A stretch of DNA of 64,000 nucleotides from a virus (lineage: Duplodnaviria > Heunggongvirae > Uroviricota > Caudoviricetes). Where the stretch lies: IMG/VR virus record IMGVR_UViG_3300046047_000272, one strand, 5' to 3'. Positions within the stretch are counted from its first letter, which is position 1. Each line of letters begins with the position of its first letter. The position numbers and the translations under genes are program-made. The notes beneath the pieces are model-generated. The model did no database searches. It was given only the letters and a program-made list of their open reading frames with translations, and had not been told where the DNA came from. Of this stretch, positions 54,792 through 64,000 are shown piece after piece.

Positions 54792-56174
54792 ATGAACCAG
54801 CATCAACGCGAAGAGGATCGTATTCCTAAGACGGCCTACTGGGGTGAACAGACCCAACGAGCCATCGACAATTTCCATGTGACGGGTATCCCAATGTCCG
54901 CTCATCCTGAGTTCGTCACAGCCTACGCTATCGTGAAGCAGGCGGCGGCTGACGCGAATCTTACCACTGGTCGTATTACTCAAGATCAACATGACGGCAT
55001 CATCGAGGCTTGTGATGAGATCATCAATGGCCAGCATGACGACCAATTCCCGGTTGACGTTCTTCAGGGCGGTGCTGGCACATCAATGAATATGAACATG
55101 AATGAGGTCATAGCAAATATCGCTCTCGAACGATCTGGTCATCGCAGGGGATCATATGAGGACATGCATCCTAACGATACGGTGAATGCTAGCCAGTCCA
55201 CGAACGATACGTATCCAACGGCCATGAGATTGGCCATGATCTATCTCTGCCAGGATCTATCTGATGAGCTGGGCGCGTTGATCCTGCGATTAGAGAGGAA
55301 GGCTGATCATCTTAAGGACGTTGTGACCATTGGCAGAACGCAGCTCCAGGACGCTGTGCCAATGACGTATCATCAGGTTCTGATGGCGTATGCTGACAAT
55401 CTTCAGAACGATCAGTATCGTATCGACAAGGCAATACAACGATTGCAGAACGTATCCCTCGGAGGCACGGCCATTGGCACTGGTATCATGGCTAGCCCCG
55501 CCTATCAAGATGAGGTCATCCTTGCGCTTAGGAAGCGCTCATTGCTTCGGATACAGGGCGTAGAGAATAGGATAGCGGCCACATCAGATATGAGTGATTT
55601 TCTCTATGTGTCGTCAGTCATGAAGATTGTGTCGACGCATTACGGGAAGATGGCCGATGATTTCAGATTGCTGGCCAGTGGTCCTATGGCCGGCCTACAG
55701 GAAGTGCATTTGAAGCCCGTGCAAGCAGGATCGTCAATCATGCCGGGTAAGGTGAATCCTGTCCTATTAGAGGCTGTTGATCAGGTGATGTTTGATGTGA
55801 TCGGTAAGGACGCGTCAATCACGGCGGCCTCCATGCATGGCCAGTTGCAGTTGAACGCCTTCGAGCCATTGATTCTTCACGCTACACTCACTGGATTGCA
55901 TCGTCTGATGGAGGCTACTGGACTGTTAGATACGACGATTCGAGATTTGACCGTCAGGGAGGATGTGGCTGCATCATATGCGAATCGCTCACCGAGTATG
56001 GCCACCGTGCTGATTCCAGTGATGGGATACGATGCAGCTTCATTAATAGCCAAGCAGGCTATTGCCCAGAAGAAGAGTGTAGAGGACGTGGTGAAGTCCA
56101 TGGACGCTGATACGATCGCGTCAATCATGGATACTGGCGTGTCGTTTGATCCTCGTAGCGTGACCGGTGAGTGA
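54792..56174 (+). CDS. aspA: Aspartate ammonia-lyase
   Basis: YWGEQTQRA, QGGAGTSMNMN, SQSTND, GRTQLQDAVP, GSSIMPGKVNP. Confidence 0.92.
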   Translation: MNQHQREEDRIPKTAYWGEQTQRAIDNFHVTGIPMSAHPEFVTAYAIVKQAAADANLTTGRITQDQHDGIIEACDEIINGQHDDQFPVDVLQGGAGTSMNMNMNEVIANIALERSGHRRGSYEDMHPNDTVNASQSTNDTYPTAMRLAMIYLCQDLSDELGALILRLERKADHLKDVVTIGRTQLQDAVPMTYHQVLMAYADNLQNDQYRIDKAIQRLQNVSLGGTAIGTGIMASPAYQDEVILALRKRSLLRIQGVENRIAATSDMSDFLYVSSVMKIVSTHYGKMADDFRLLASGPMAGLQEVHLKPVQAGSSIMPGKVNPVLLEAVDQVMFDVIGKDASITAASMHGQLQLNAFEPLILHATLTGLHRLMEATGLLDTTIRDLTVREDVAASYANRSPSMATVLIPVMGYDAASLIAKQAIAQKKSVEDVVKSMDADTIASIMDTGVSFDPRSVTGE

Positions 56175-56208
56175 CGTTTGATCCTATGATATAATTAATC
56201 GTATATGA

Positions 56209-57717
56209 TTGTCCTCGGAGGGGAGATTGGCTATGACGAAGAGTAAGGCTCGATGGATCATTCAGAGTGGTCGTGGTGAGGATGGTGGATTCGGTGATTA
56301 TGCGAGTCCATCGTCTTGGCATCAGTTGAGGTCATCTGATGGTTCGTTGATCTGGTTCTCCACGATTGAGGACGCTGAGAAAGTGGCAGTGACGTTAAGA
56401 TCCCGTGCCTCAGGGGCGTTCTATCATCATGGCGATCATGATGCCTATGATGGATCGTTTCCTGTAGAATATGAGGCCATCGAGCTGCCTGATTATGCTG
56501 ATCAGCCAACTGATCCAGACGATTACATTGACAGGATCACCGCGTTGAACACTGATTCCTGGTCTGCCGCCTCTGCCATTGACGAGGAGCAGGTTCAGCT
56601 GACGAAGGACTCTAATGCCCGTATCCTCGGATCGGACAATTATCAGGGCGCGATAGACGATTTTACGGATTTCTGTAGGGGCGCATATACGCTTCTTCGT
56701 CCTTTCACGGAGGATCATATTCGTGTCAGTATGCTTAGACCTAATAAGTATCATGCTCTTGACCAGCTCACATTAGAATATTATCCATATCAGGGCATTG
56801 AGAAGTCATATTACAATCAACCTGCATCCTATTGGGTCTATGAGTACGATCGGGATAAGAACACTCTCGTACTGGCTCAGAGGAAGGATGATGACCCCGT
56901 GGAGTATGGTAATAGCTGCGTGTGCAATCAGACCGATAATCGTTGTCTACGCTTCGTGAGGACCCTGGAGGACATGAGAGATATCGATGACGAGGATATC
57001 GTTTTCATCGGCTCTGTTGACCGTGATGGTCAGCTTCACAAGAATGACGCCATTGATGATGTCTACAGACTGCCTGATAAACGATACGGGTATACTCCTG
57101 AGGACTTCTTAGAGGTGTCAATGATGGCTGCTGATCTTCAGGATATTACTCGGCGCATTCATCAGAAGCTGCAATCATGAATGTCATCATGACCAGCATA
57201 TCAAGTGGCACTGGCAGGACGATCATGCCTTCATCTCCTCATGCAATCTAGGGATGGCTGTCAGAATGACGGTGAGCATCATCATGTCTGGTCAACGTTG
57301 ACTGACGAGGATCAGCAGGATTACTGGATTGCCGATGCTAACATCGCTAAGCGCGTCTTAACCACATTGCATCAATTATCAACGCAAGCGTTCTTACAGG
57401 CCGGCCAATCAGATGATGATGTCCTTGATGGGATTCATCCAGCAGAATATCGTCTTGCACAGATTGATGACACTCAGATTGAGTTGCTGGATAGACATCT
57501 TCAAACGGACCCTATTGTTGATGTTGACGATTTCATCGATCATATGGCTGATGTGAATGAGCATTACTGGCCGAGGAGCATAGCCGTTGATGATTTAGAG
57601 GAGAAACGTCTGGCCATAGCGAAGGGATTGCATGATCAATGGGCATCCAGGCACGATCCTATGCAAGCATCATGGATCATTCAGGATCTTCGGGATCTAG
57701 GAGATCAGACGGCCTAG
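56209..57717 (+). other. Two related hypothetical CDS (56209-57180, ~57205-57717)
   Basis: Both share QS.., A.GAF/QAF, EY, DDY/FID..A.N...W....A.D segments. Confidence 0.6.
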
Positions 57718-58725
57718 CGCGTTAGATGGGAACTCCTCGACCCATGAGCGCGCCGCGATATTCGGAACTGATTTGATGACATCGTCTCCATCACCAAGAA
57801 TCACGTAATCACCGGCCTTACATGGACCCCATAATGCTTTCGTTGACGTTCTATTCTGCTCGTCACTGATCAGACTGATCGCCGTTCCCCCGTCATATCG
57901 GACGGACATGATCATGTAGACCTGACGATGGGACAGTTCTGCCGACCATGTAAGCGTCTCATAGCGTCTTGCCAGCATGTATCGAACAATCTCAAGGGTA
58001 CTGGTCATGCCAGATACGAGGAGCCATCCACAGGTGACGATGAGAGTGTCTGATGATTGGTATCCTGGTACGAGAGCCATGACTGGTGCCGTGATGATCG
58101 CACTGACGAGCAATAGGATAGCTTGTCCTGATCGTCCATGGACCATTTGTATCATGAGATAGATGATCATAGCGAAGAAGACGGCGATCCAGGCGCATCT
58201 CATGATGGGATGATTTGGTAGCACGCTGATTGACGGTATGATGGTGAGTACTTGTGGTGTGACGACGAATGCGCTGATGATGGCTAGGACGCTGATGATC
58301 GTAGTGATGATCATGAATTTGAAGCTGATGCGTATCGCTGATGATCTCGGTTGCTGATTGGCCGTTGATGTTAGATGGTCACTTGGCTGTGATGCTGGCT
58401 TATCATTCGATGGGCTTGTCGTGTGATAAGCTTTCGGCTGATGGTACTCCTGTTTAGACTGCTGATTATGATTCTGTTGGTTTTCTGGGCGCTGACTGTC
58501 CGAGGCCGTATTGATGCCTGCGGCGAGTTGTTGATCATACTCTGCTCGTTTCTGCTCATCGGTGAGCGTGTCATGGATGAGATTCAGATACTCGGTCACT
58601 GGTCGGCCATCCTCACCGACCACATCTGGGTGATACCGTTTGATCATGACGCGATAGGCCTTATTGATCTCATCTGTCGTCGCGCTCTGCGAGACACCAA
58701 GGAATTGATAATAGCTGAATTGCAT
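57697..58725 (-). CDS. J-domain (DnaJ-like) membrane protein
   Basis: YYQFLGV...AYR...YHPD...RAEYD followed by several TM segments. Confidence 0.85.
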   Translation of the reverse strand: MQFSYYQFLGVSQSATTDEINKAYRVMIKRYHPDVVGEDGRPVTEYLNLIHDTLTDEQKRAEYDQQLAAGINTASDSQRPENQQNHNQQSKQEYHQPKAYHTTSPSNDKPASQPSDHLTSTANQQPRSSAIRISFKFMIITTIISVLAIISAFVVTPQVLTIIPSISVLPNHPIMRCAWIAVFFAMIIYLMIQMVHGRSGQAILLLVSAIITAPVMALVPGYQSSDTLIVTCGWLLVSGMTSTLEIVRYMLARRYETLTWSAELSHRQVYMIMSVRYDGGTAISLISDEQNRTSTKALWGPCKAGDYVILGDGDDVIKSVPNIAARSWVEEFPSNALGRLIS

Positions 58726-58824
58726 GATACCTACCTTATCTATTTTTCGTGATCATCTAATAATTAGATATGGTTAGACTACGGTTCTTGCATCAATTGA
58801 TCGTTACTGGTATAATGGTTTGTC

Positions 58825-60255
58825 ATGGCTGACAAGAAGAAGACTCCAAGGATCAGTGTCCGGCGATGGACCATGCCTAGACACGCGAATCGTTGGATGC
58901 AGAAGCGGTCAGTATTACGACCGATTGCTATGATCGTATTGTTCATCCTCGTATTCGGCGGCGCGATGGCCGGTGCGACGCTCTGGGATATATCCACGAG
59001 GATCCAGAAGAATACGACGCCGATCATTGTGAAGGGCAAGGTTAAGGAATCAACCGATCTCGTTGATCCTAATGCTGGTAAGACGATTAACGTGCTGATC
59101 CTCGGACAGGATACTCGTGATGGTGCGTCTAATGCGGCCATAGGTGGATCTGATATGGCTGACGAGCATCAGTCGGACACGGCTATGGTCATGCAGATAT
59201 CTGCTGACAGATCGTATATCAACCTGGTGTCCATTCCCCGTGATTCACTGGTTGACGCACCCGCCTGTAAAACGCCTAATGGAGAGATTCCCGTGCAATA
59301 CAAGGTCATGTTCAATTCCATCTTCTCAACGGCATGGCATCGTGGTGGTGGATTGTCAGCTGCGGCGTCATGTACGCTTGACGCGGTGAATGCGTTAACC
59401 GGTCTCACGATTGACAACTTCATTGTTGTAGACTTCCATGGTCTTCAGAATATGATTGACGCTATAGGAGGTGTTGATGTCTGCCTACCATCAGATACGA
59501 AAGATGCGTATACGAGCCTCGATCTGAAGAAGGGATTGCAGCATCTTGATGGTCTTACGGCCACGCAGTACGCCAGGATGCGGCATGGCACGGGAACCGA
59601 TGGCACTGACGTCATGAGGACAACCCGTCAGCAATACCTGATCAAACAATTATTAGATACAGCCATGCAGAAGAATCTCCTCACGCAGACCAGTCAGCTC
59701 TACCAGTTGGGTAGAACCGCTCTTGACTCTCTGAACATTAGCCCTGGATTAGCCGACGCGACCACTCTTGGAGGATTAGCCTTTAGTTTGAGGAATATCC
59801 GTATGGATCACGTCTACGCTCAGACGATACCTGTCAAGGAGGCACCATCTGATCCTAATCGTAGGGTATGGGCGTCATCGGCATATCAGGTATGGAATCG
59901 TCTGCAGGCTGGTCAGCCATTATCAACCATGTCCACAGACACGCCAGCATCAACGACTGATCCAAGTCCATCGGACGCCGCCAGTACATCAGCGTCAACA
60001 ACTGATGCATCAGCACCACCAAGTCCATCCAACACCACTGATGACCCATCATCTGATACATCATCCTCAGCATCATCGTCAACGGTTGATCCAAGGACTG
60101 GTGTCATCACATCATCTGATGGTAAGCTTATTGATCCCACGACGCATGGTGTCATCGACCCGTCGACAGGATACATTAAGGATCCTTCTACCGGTGAGTA
60201 TATAGGCGTAGCCCAACAGTATTTGAACGTGACGGTCTGCGGCTTGACACGCTAA
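58825..60255 (+). CDS. LCP (LytR-CpsA-Psr) family cell-wall glycopolymer transferase
   Basis: TM anchor, ILGQDTR, SDT, SIPRDS, YARMRH, RQQ; Ser/Thr linker and IDP repeats. Confidence 0.92.
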   Translation: MADKKKTPRISVRRWTMPRHANRWMQKRSVLRPIAMIVLFILVFGGAMAGATLWDISTRIQKNTTPIIVKGKVKESTDLVDPNAGKTINVLILGQDTRDGASNAAIGGSDMADEHQSDTAMVMQISADRSYINLVSIPRDSLVDAPACKTPNGEIPVQYKVMFNSIFSTAWHRGGGLSAAASCTLDAVNALTGLTIDNFIVVDFHGLQNMIDAIGGVDVCLPSDTKDAYTSLDLKKGLQHLDGLTATQYARMRHGTGTDGTDVMRTTRQQYLIKQLLDTAMQKNLLTQTSQLYQLGRTALDSLNISPGLADATTLGGLAFSLRNIRMDHVYAQTIPVKEAPSDPNRRVWASSAYQVWNRLQAGQPLSTMSTDTPASTTDPSPSDAASTSASTTDASAPPSPSNTTDDPSSDTSSSASSSTVDPRTGVITSSDGKLIDPTTHGVIDPSTGYIKDPSTGEYIGVAQQYLNVTVCGLTR

Positions 60256-60324
60256 TAGCGAATTGCGTCATGATCATCATGATGATACCATGATCGTAGC
60301 ACGTTAACCAGAAGGGATGACATC

Positions 60325-60924
60325 ATGCCAAATCACGTTACGACTATTGTTCAGGCCGCGCCGAAGGTTCTTCAGCGAATCCTATCCGTCGAGGATGGTG
60401 AGCAGGCCGTCAATTTTAAGACCATCATCCCGATGCCAGACACGGTCTTTCAAGGCGAACTGTCATCTGAGGACGAGCAAAAGTATCCTGGCGATTTGAA
60501 CTGGTATGACTGGTCGATCAATCATTGGGGAACGAAGTGGAACGCCTATGAGACCGTGATCATCGATGACGACAAGCTGAGTTTCCAGACGGCCTGGTCA
60601 GCGCCATGGCCAATCTTCGAGGAATGGTCACGGCAATGCCCAGAAGAGGTGATGACCATTGCATTCGCTGACGAGGATCTTGGGAGCAATCTTGGCATGT
60701 TCCAGATGAAGGATGGCGTCATCGTCAAGGACAGTGGCATTCAGAATCAGGATGATGCTGTTCGCAGGGAATTCGCGTCCTATCTCATCTTCGGATCATC
60801 CTATGAAGACGTGTGCTCTGACTACGATGCTGACGACAGTATTGGTCTTGATGGTCTCAAGGCTCTGCCTGACTGCAACCCACAACGAATCATCGATTTG
60901 CGAGGATCATCTATCACTGATTGA
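60325..60924 (+). CDS. YubB/DUF1281 ferredoxin-like domain protein
   Basis: MPNH, WYDWSINHWGTKWNA, FQTAWSAP. Confidence 0.8.
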   Translation: MPNHVTTIVQAAPKVLQRILSVEDGEQAVNFKTIIPMPDTVFQGELSSEDEQKYPGDLNWYDWSINHWGTKWNAYETVIIDDDKLSFQTAWSAPWPIFEEWSRQCPEEVMTIAFADEDLGSNLGMFQMKDGVIVKDSGIQNQDDAVRREFASYLIFGSSYEDVCSDYDADDSIGLDGLKALPDCNPQRIIDLRGSSITD

Positions 60925-60954
60925 TGACTCGATGATGACAAGGAAAGAGGAAGT

Positions 60955-61881
60955 ATGGTGAAATTACTGAAAGACGTTCAGGATGGAGACATCTTTGAGG
61001 GTGTAGCTCTGGTGCATCGAGTGTCTATTCGATCATCAAAGAACGGCGAGTATGCTATGGGGGTCATATCCCGTGCTGATGGTGATCTAGATATGAAGAA
61101 ATGGCAGTGCGGCTCCCTGGAGGAGGGTGTGTACGATATTGAGGGCAGATGTCAGGTCTATAATGGCCTGAAAAGCATCATCGTCTCGTCACTGACACCA
61201 GTAGAAGCTAATCCAGATGATTATCTCTACTCTCCATATGATCAGACACTCGACGCCTCCGTTTCAGCCTTCGTCAAGGACTTGCATCCTCAAGCCCGTG
61301 AACTCTTCAAATTGCTCCTAGGTGGCGGCGAGCGAGCACCGAAGCTCAACGCTGGATTCAAGCATGAATACGCGGCGTTATGGCATCATGACGCTTATCC
61401 TAAAGGCTTGCTTGCCCACTCTTTCAAAGTTGGCCGACTAGCCAAGCAGATGCTCTCAGATCCCCTGTATGCCGGTTTGTACAAGATTGACGACGACATG
61501 AAGGACATCATTATCGTCTGCGCTCTCCTCCACGATCTTGGTAAGGCTTTAGAATACGATCATGGTGTTATCAGTCATGTGGGCAGGATGGTCAGTCATC
61601 GTACCTTGATGAGTGAGCGTCTCGCTCTCCTCAAGGATGACATCATTAGCCTGTATGACGAGGACGCCTACTGGGAGATGCATTCGATCTTCACGCAGCA
61701 TCATGGCCAATATGAGGAGACACCACGAACAGTCGCGGCGTTCATCGTTCATCTAGTCGACGATTTCGATGCTAAGATGACTGATCTATCAACGATGATC
61801 CAGGATCCTGACCCTGAGGGCCAAATTACCATCAAGGAGCCATCACCAATGATGAAGCTGCTCTGTCCTCCAACGGACTAA
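60955..61881 (+). CDS. YhaM/Cbf1-like OB-fold + HD 3'-5' exoribonuclease
   Basis: HHDAY..GLLAHS, LLHDLGK, QHHG, HLVDDFD. Confidence 0.85.
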   Translation: MVKLLKDVQDGDIFEGVALVHRVSIRSSKNGEYAMGVISRADGDLDMKKWQCGSLEEGVYDIEGRCQVYNGLKSIIVSSLTPVEANPDDYLYSPYDQTLDASVSAFVKDLHPQARELFKLLLGGGERAPKLNAGFKHEYAALWHHDAYPKGLLAHSFKVGRLAKQMLSDPLYAGLYKIDDDMKDIIIVCALLHDLGKALEYDHGVISHVGRMVSHRTLMSERLALLKDDIISLYDEDAYWEMHSIFTQHHGQYEETPRTVAAFIVHLVDDFDAKMTDLSTMIQDPDPEGQITIKEPSPMMKLLCPPTD

Positions 61882-61890
61882 GGATGCATC

Positions 61891-62748
61891 ATGAACATCA
61901 AGCATCAACTAGAGCATAATCGATGGGAACGTCGTAGAGATCAAGAATTGCCAGGAATCATTGTTCCGAGGATACAGTCAACTATTCTGTCCTGCATTGA
62001 GGATCGATATCATGACTATACGTCGTGCTCAGAAGACGTCTTAAAGGATGCATCAATCATCATTCCGTGCACTTATGTGTCTAACGATTATGATTGGGTG
62101 AACAAGCGTTTTTCGTCTACATCGTATTCATATAAGGATAGTCAATATCGTATCAGCATTATTGATGCGATTCAACGTCATTATTGGAGTGACACAGGAT
62201 GCATCCAATTCCTCATATCATGTGGCATCTTCAACGCGTCAACTCAGAATTATAGATTTAATAAATCCACGCCAATCATCATTAATGGCGTCCAGGTACC
62301 TAATGCAACGATTAAAGATTTTGTGATCTGCGACATCCCAATGACCAGAGACCCAGTTGAATCACTAATTACCGGTCTAGGCACCACGTCACCGGGAGGA
62401 TACGCTCTCAGCACGCTCGTGGATACGATGCTCAATCTAAACGATCCTGAGATCACATGGTCATCTGAAGACGAATTGTCATATGCATGGTATGACACCA
62501 GCAAAGTGGATGTGATGATGTACACTCACATGAGCATATTCGATATCATTGACACGTACTGGACGCTACAGGAATCCTTGGCGTGGATGCTAGCATATGG
62601 TCATGCGCAGTCCATCAGATTAACGGTGAAGGATCATCATGATTGTCCATCGTGTCTTGAGATAACAGCTGACACCATTAATAGAGGCCTGCCATCGACC
62701 GTCACATCAACCAATGATTTGATTGACTTGACCATGATCATGGTATAA
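61891..62748 (+). CDS. Hypothetical protein
   Basis: 285-aa ORF in operon. Confidence 0.65.
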   Translation: MNIKHQLEHNRWERRRDQELPGIIVPRIQSTILSCIEDRYHDYTSCSEDVLKDASIIIPCTYVSNDYDWVNKRFSSTSYSYKDSQYRISIIDAIQRHYWSDTGCIQFLISCGIFNASTQNYRFNKSTPIIINGVQVPNATIKDFVICDIPMTRDPVESLITGLGTTSPGGYALSTLVDTMLNLNDPEITWSSEDELSYAWYDTSKVDVMMYTHMSIFDIIDTYWTLQESLAWMLAYGHAQSIRLTVKDHHDCPSCLEITADTINRGLPSTVTSTNDLIDLTMIMV

Positions 62749-62790
62749 TCATACAGTAGAACCGATATTCAGTGACGGATCGACGTCCTT

Positions 62791-62921
62791 AGATCTAGTT
62801 AGGCTCAGAACATGAATCTTTACTCGTGTTCTGAGCCTATTCTGACTGGCGCTGAGCATAAAAGCCCTCAGATGATACGTTATACTAGACGAGACGAGCA
62901 TCAGGATTAGACACGAGATCT
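62791..62921 (+). repeat. 131-bp repeat D copy 3 (hairpin core inverted)
   Basis: AGATCT ends; hairpin at 62800-62839. Confidence 0.93.
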
Positions 62922-62955
62922 ACAGTGATTGTGGCCAGTGTGATACACTTGACGT

Positions 62956-63336
62956 ATGGACACCATATCATCAGATCAAACGCATCATCAGAATGATCGT
63001 ATTATCTCAGCGATACAGCGAGAGGCAAGCGAGCTATCCTCTGATGAGAGCATTATTGTGTACACGCCTACACAGCGCGTCATCATCATGAATCATCGTG
63101 GAGAGCCATTAGGTGACCCATCTCATGGATACACTGACGGATCTAGGATCGACTATCTCAGACCGGTAGCGTCATTGGATGACGCGGAGAACATTCTTGG
63201 TCAAGACGACGGTGATCTAAGCGATCTTGAGGACATCCTTAATGAGGAGTATGGCTTGTACACGATCAGTGACGACTGGGAGGAATTGACTGGTCTCGAT
63301 AACTGGTTGTTCATGCGGGTAGGCGTCATATCGTAA
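62956..63336 (+). CDS. Hypothetical acidic protein
   Basis: 126-aa ORF. Confidence 0.55.
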   Translation: MDTISSDQTHHQNDRIISAIQREASELSSDESIIVYTPTQRVIIMNHRGEPLGDPSHGYTDGSRIDYLRPVASLDDAENILGQDDGDLSDLEDILNEEYGLYTISDDWEELTGLDNWLFMRVGVIS

Positions 63337-63390
63337 GTCATCATCATTGTCCTGTTAGATGATGGATAAGAGTGGAATAGAGGAGGACTT

Positions 63391-64000
63391 ATGGCCTATG
63401 TTGTCGTTGATGGCGTCGTGAAGACTTGCCGAGCACGCGATCCTCAGCATTGTCAATATCATGGTGAACAGACGCCACATTACACGTCCCTACAAGAGGC
63501 AGATCATGCTGCGGAGGAGATGGCCTCAGATCAGCATCGATATGGCTGCCAAGCCCAGGAGTACACCATGGCTATTCCCGCTGATTATGATCGACCTATT
63601 CGAGATCTCTCAAGAGTAGGATTACCGTTAGTCGTTGGTGGCGCGGTGAGGGATTCCTTCCTTCATGCTGATAATAAGGACATTGATTTAGAGGTGTACC
63701 ATGTTGACATGGATGACATGATCGCCTATTTGAAGTCTAAGGATTATCAGGTCAATGAGGTCGGTAAACGATTCGGTGTGTTGAAGGTCACGGGTAATGG
63801 TGTTCATGACCTCGATGTAGCTGTGCCTAGAAGTGAGAATAAGGTGTCCGCGGGTCATCGTGGCTTCCATGTGCAGACGGATACGAATATGACGGTTCCA
63901 GAAGCTGCTTCTCGTCGAGATTACACGATTAACGCCATGGCCTACGATCCGGTGCGTCATCGTCTCATTGATCCGTATCATGGGGCACAGGATATGACGC
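63391..64000 (+). CDS. Class II CCA-adding tRNA nucleotidyltransferase/poly(A) polymerase, runs off the window end (not in ORF track)
   Basis: GAGGAGG RBS; VVGGAVRD, DIDL, RRDYTINAMA, LIDPYHG. Confidence 0.9.
   Translation, partial: MAYVVVDGVVKTCRARDPQHCQYHGEQTPHYTSLQEADHAAEEMASDQHRYGCQAQEYTMAIPADYDRPIRDLSRVGLPLVVGGAVRDSFLHADNKDIDLEVYHVDMDDMIAYLKSKDYQVNEVGKRFGVLKVTGNGVHDLDVAVPRSENKVSAGHRGFHVQTDTNMTVPEAASRRDYTINAMAYDPVRHRLIDPYHGAQDMT

Noticed and set aside
56137-56166. GGCGTGTC motif promoter at the end of aspA (and at ~42737)
   Set aside because: No -10 hexamer at the 16-nt spacing
63688-63981. Minus-strand 97-aa ORF and the many other antisense ORFs in the track
   Set aside because: They are shadows of real genes on the opposite strand (here the CCA-adding enzyme)

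Overview
64 kb of a large mobile replicon (megaplasmid or jumbo-phage-like element; no rRNA, tRNA, capsid or T4SS genes seen). The host is probably actinobacterial, most likely Bifidobacteriaceae; this is an inference from the LCP protein, the Pth2-like gene and the promoter style. The window is packed with short orphan ORFs and tandem paralogues. Recognisable genes include NADAR, ADP-ribosylglycohydrolase, two Panacea-like proteins, Fic/Doc-like, LPD28-like, a zincin, nucleoside deoxyribosyltransferase-like, a DEDDh exonuclease, a K+ channel, Pth2-like, a MoxR AAA + vWA pair, a TOPRIM primase, aspA, a J-domain protein, LCP, YubB-like, YhaM-like and a CCA-adding enzyme. An IS607-type element has an intact tnpB and a collapsed 33-codon tnpA. 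The most unusual signals are non-coding. (1) A modular dispersed repeat with 12 copies of a ~90-nt hairpin module A and 7 copies of a ~215-nt module B, arranged A-variable-B-A at four loci; G-U pairs and a compensatory change suggest a structured RNA family. (2) An element-wide promoter class with GGCGTGTC at the -35 position, exactly 16 nt from the -10 box. (3) A ~180-nt rod-like candidate ncRNA behind a near-consensus promoter. (4) A 131-bp repeat whose hairpin core occurs in flip and flop orientations. (5) A shared N-terminal DG-x4-C...C module on three unrelated enzymes. Several single-base frameshifts lie in short homopolymers and are probably assembly errors. All family calls are by motif recognition only; no searches were run.
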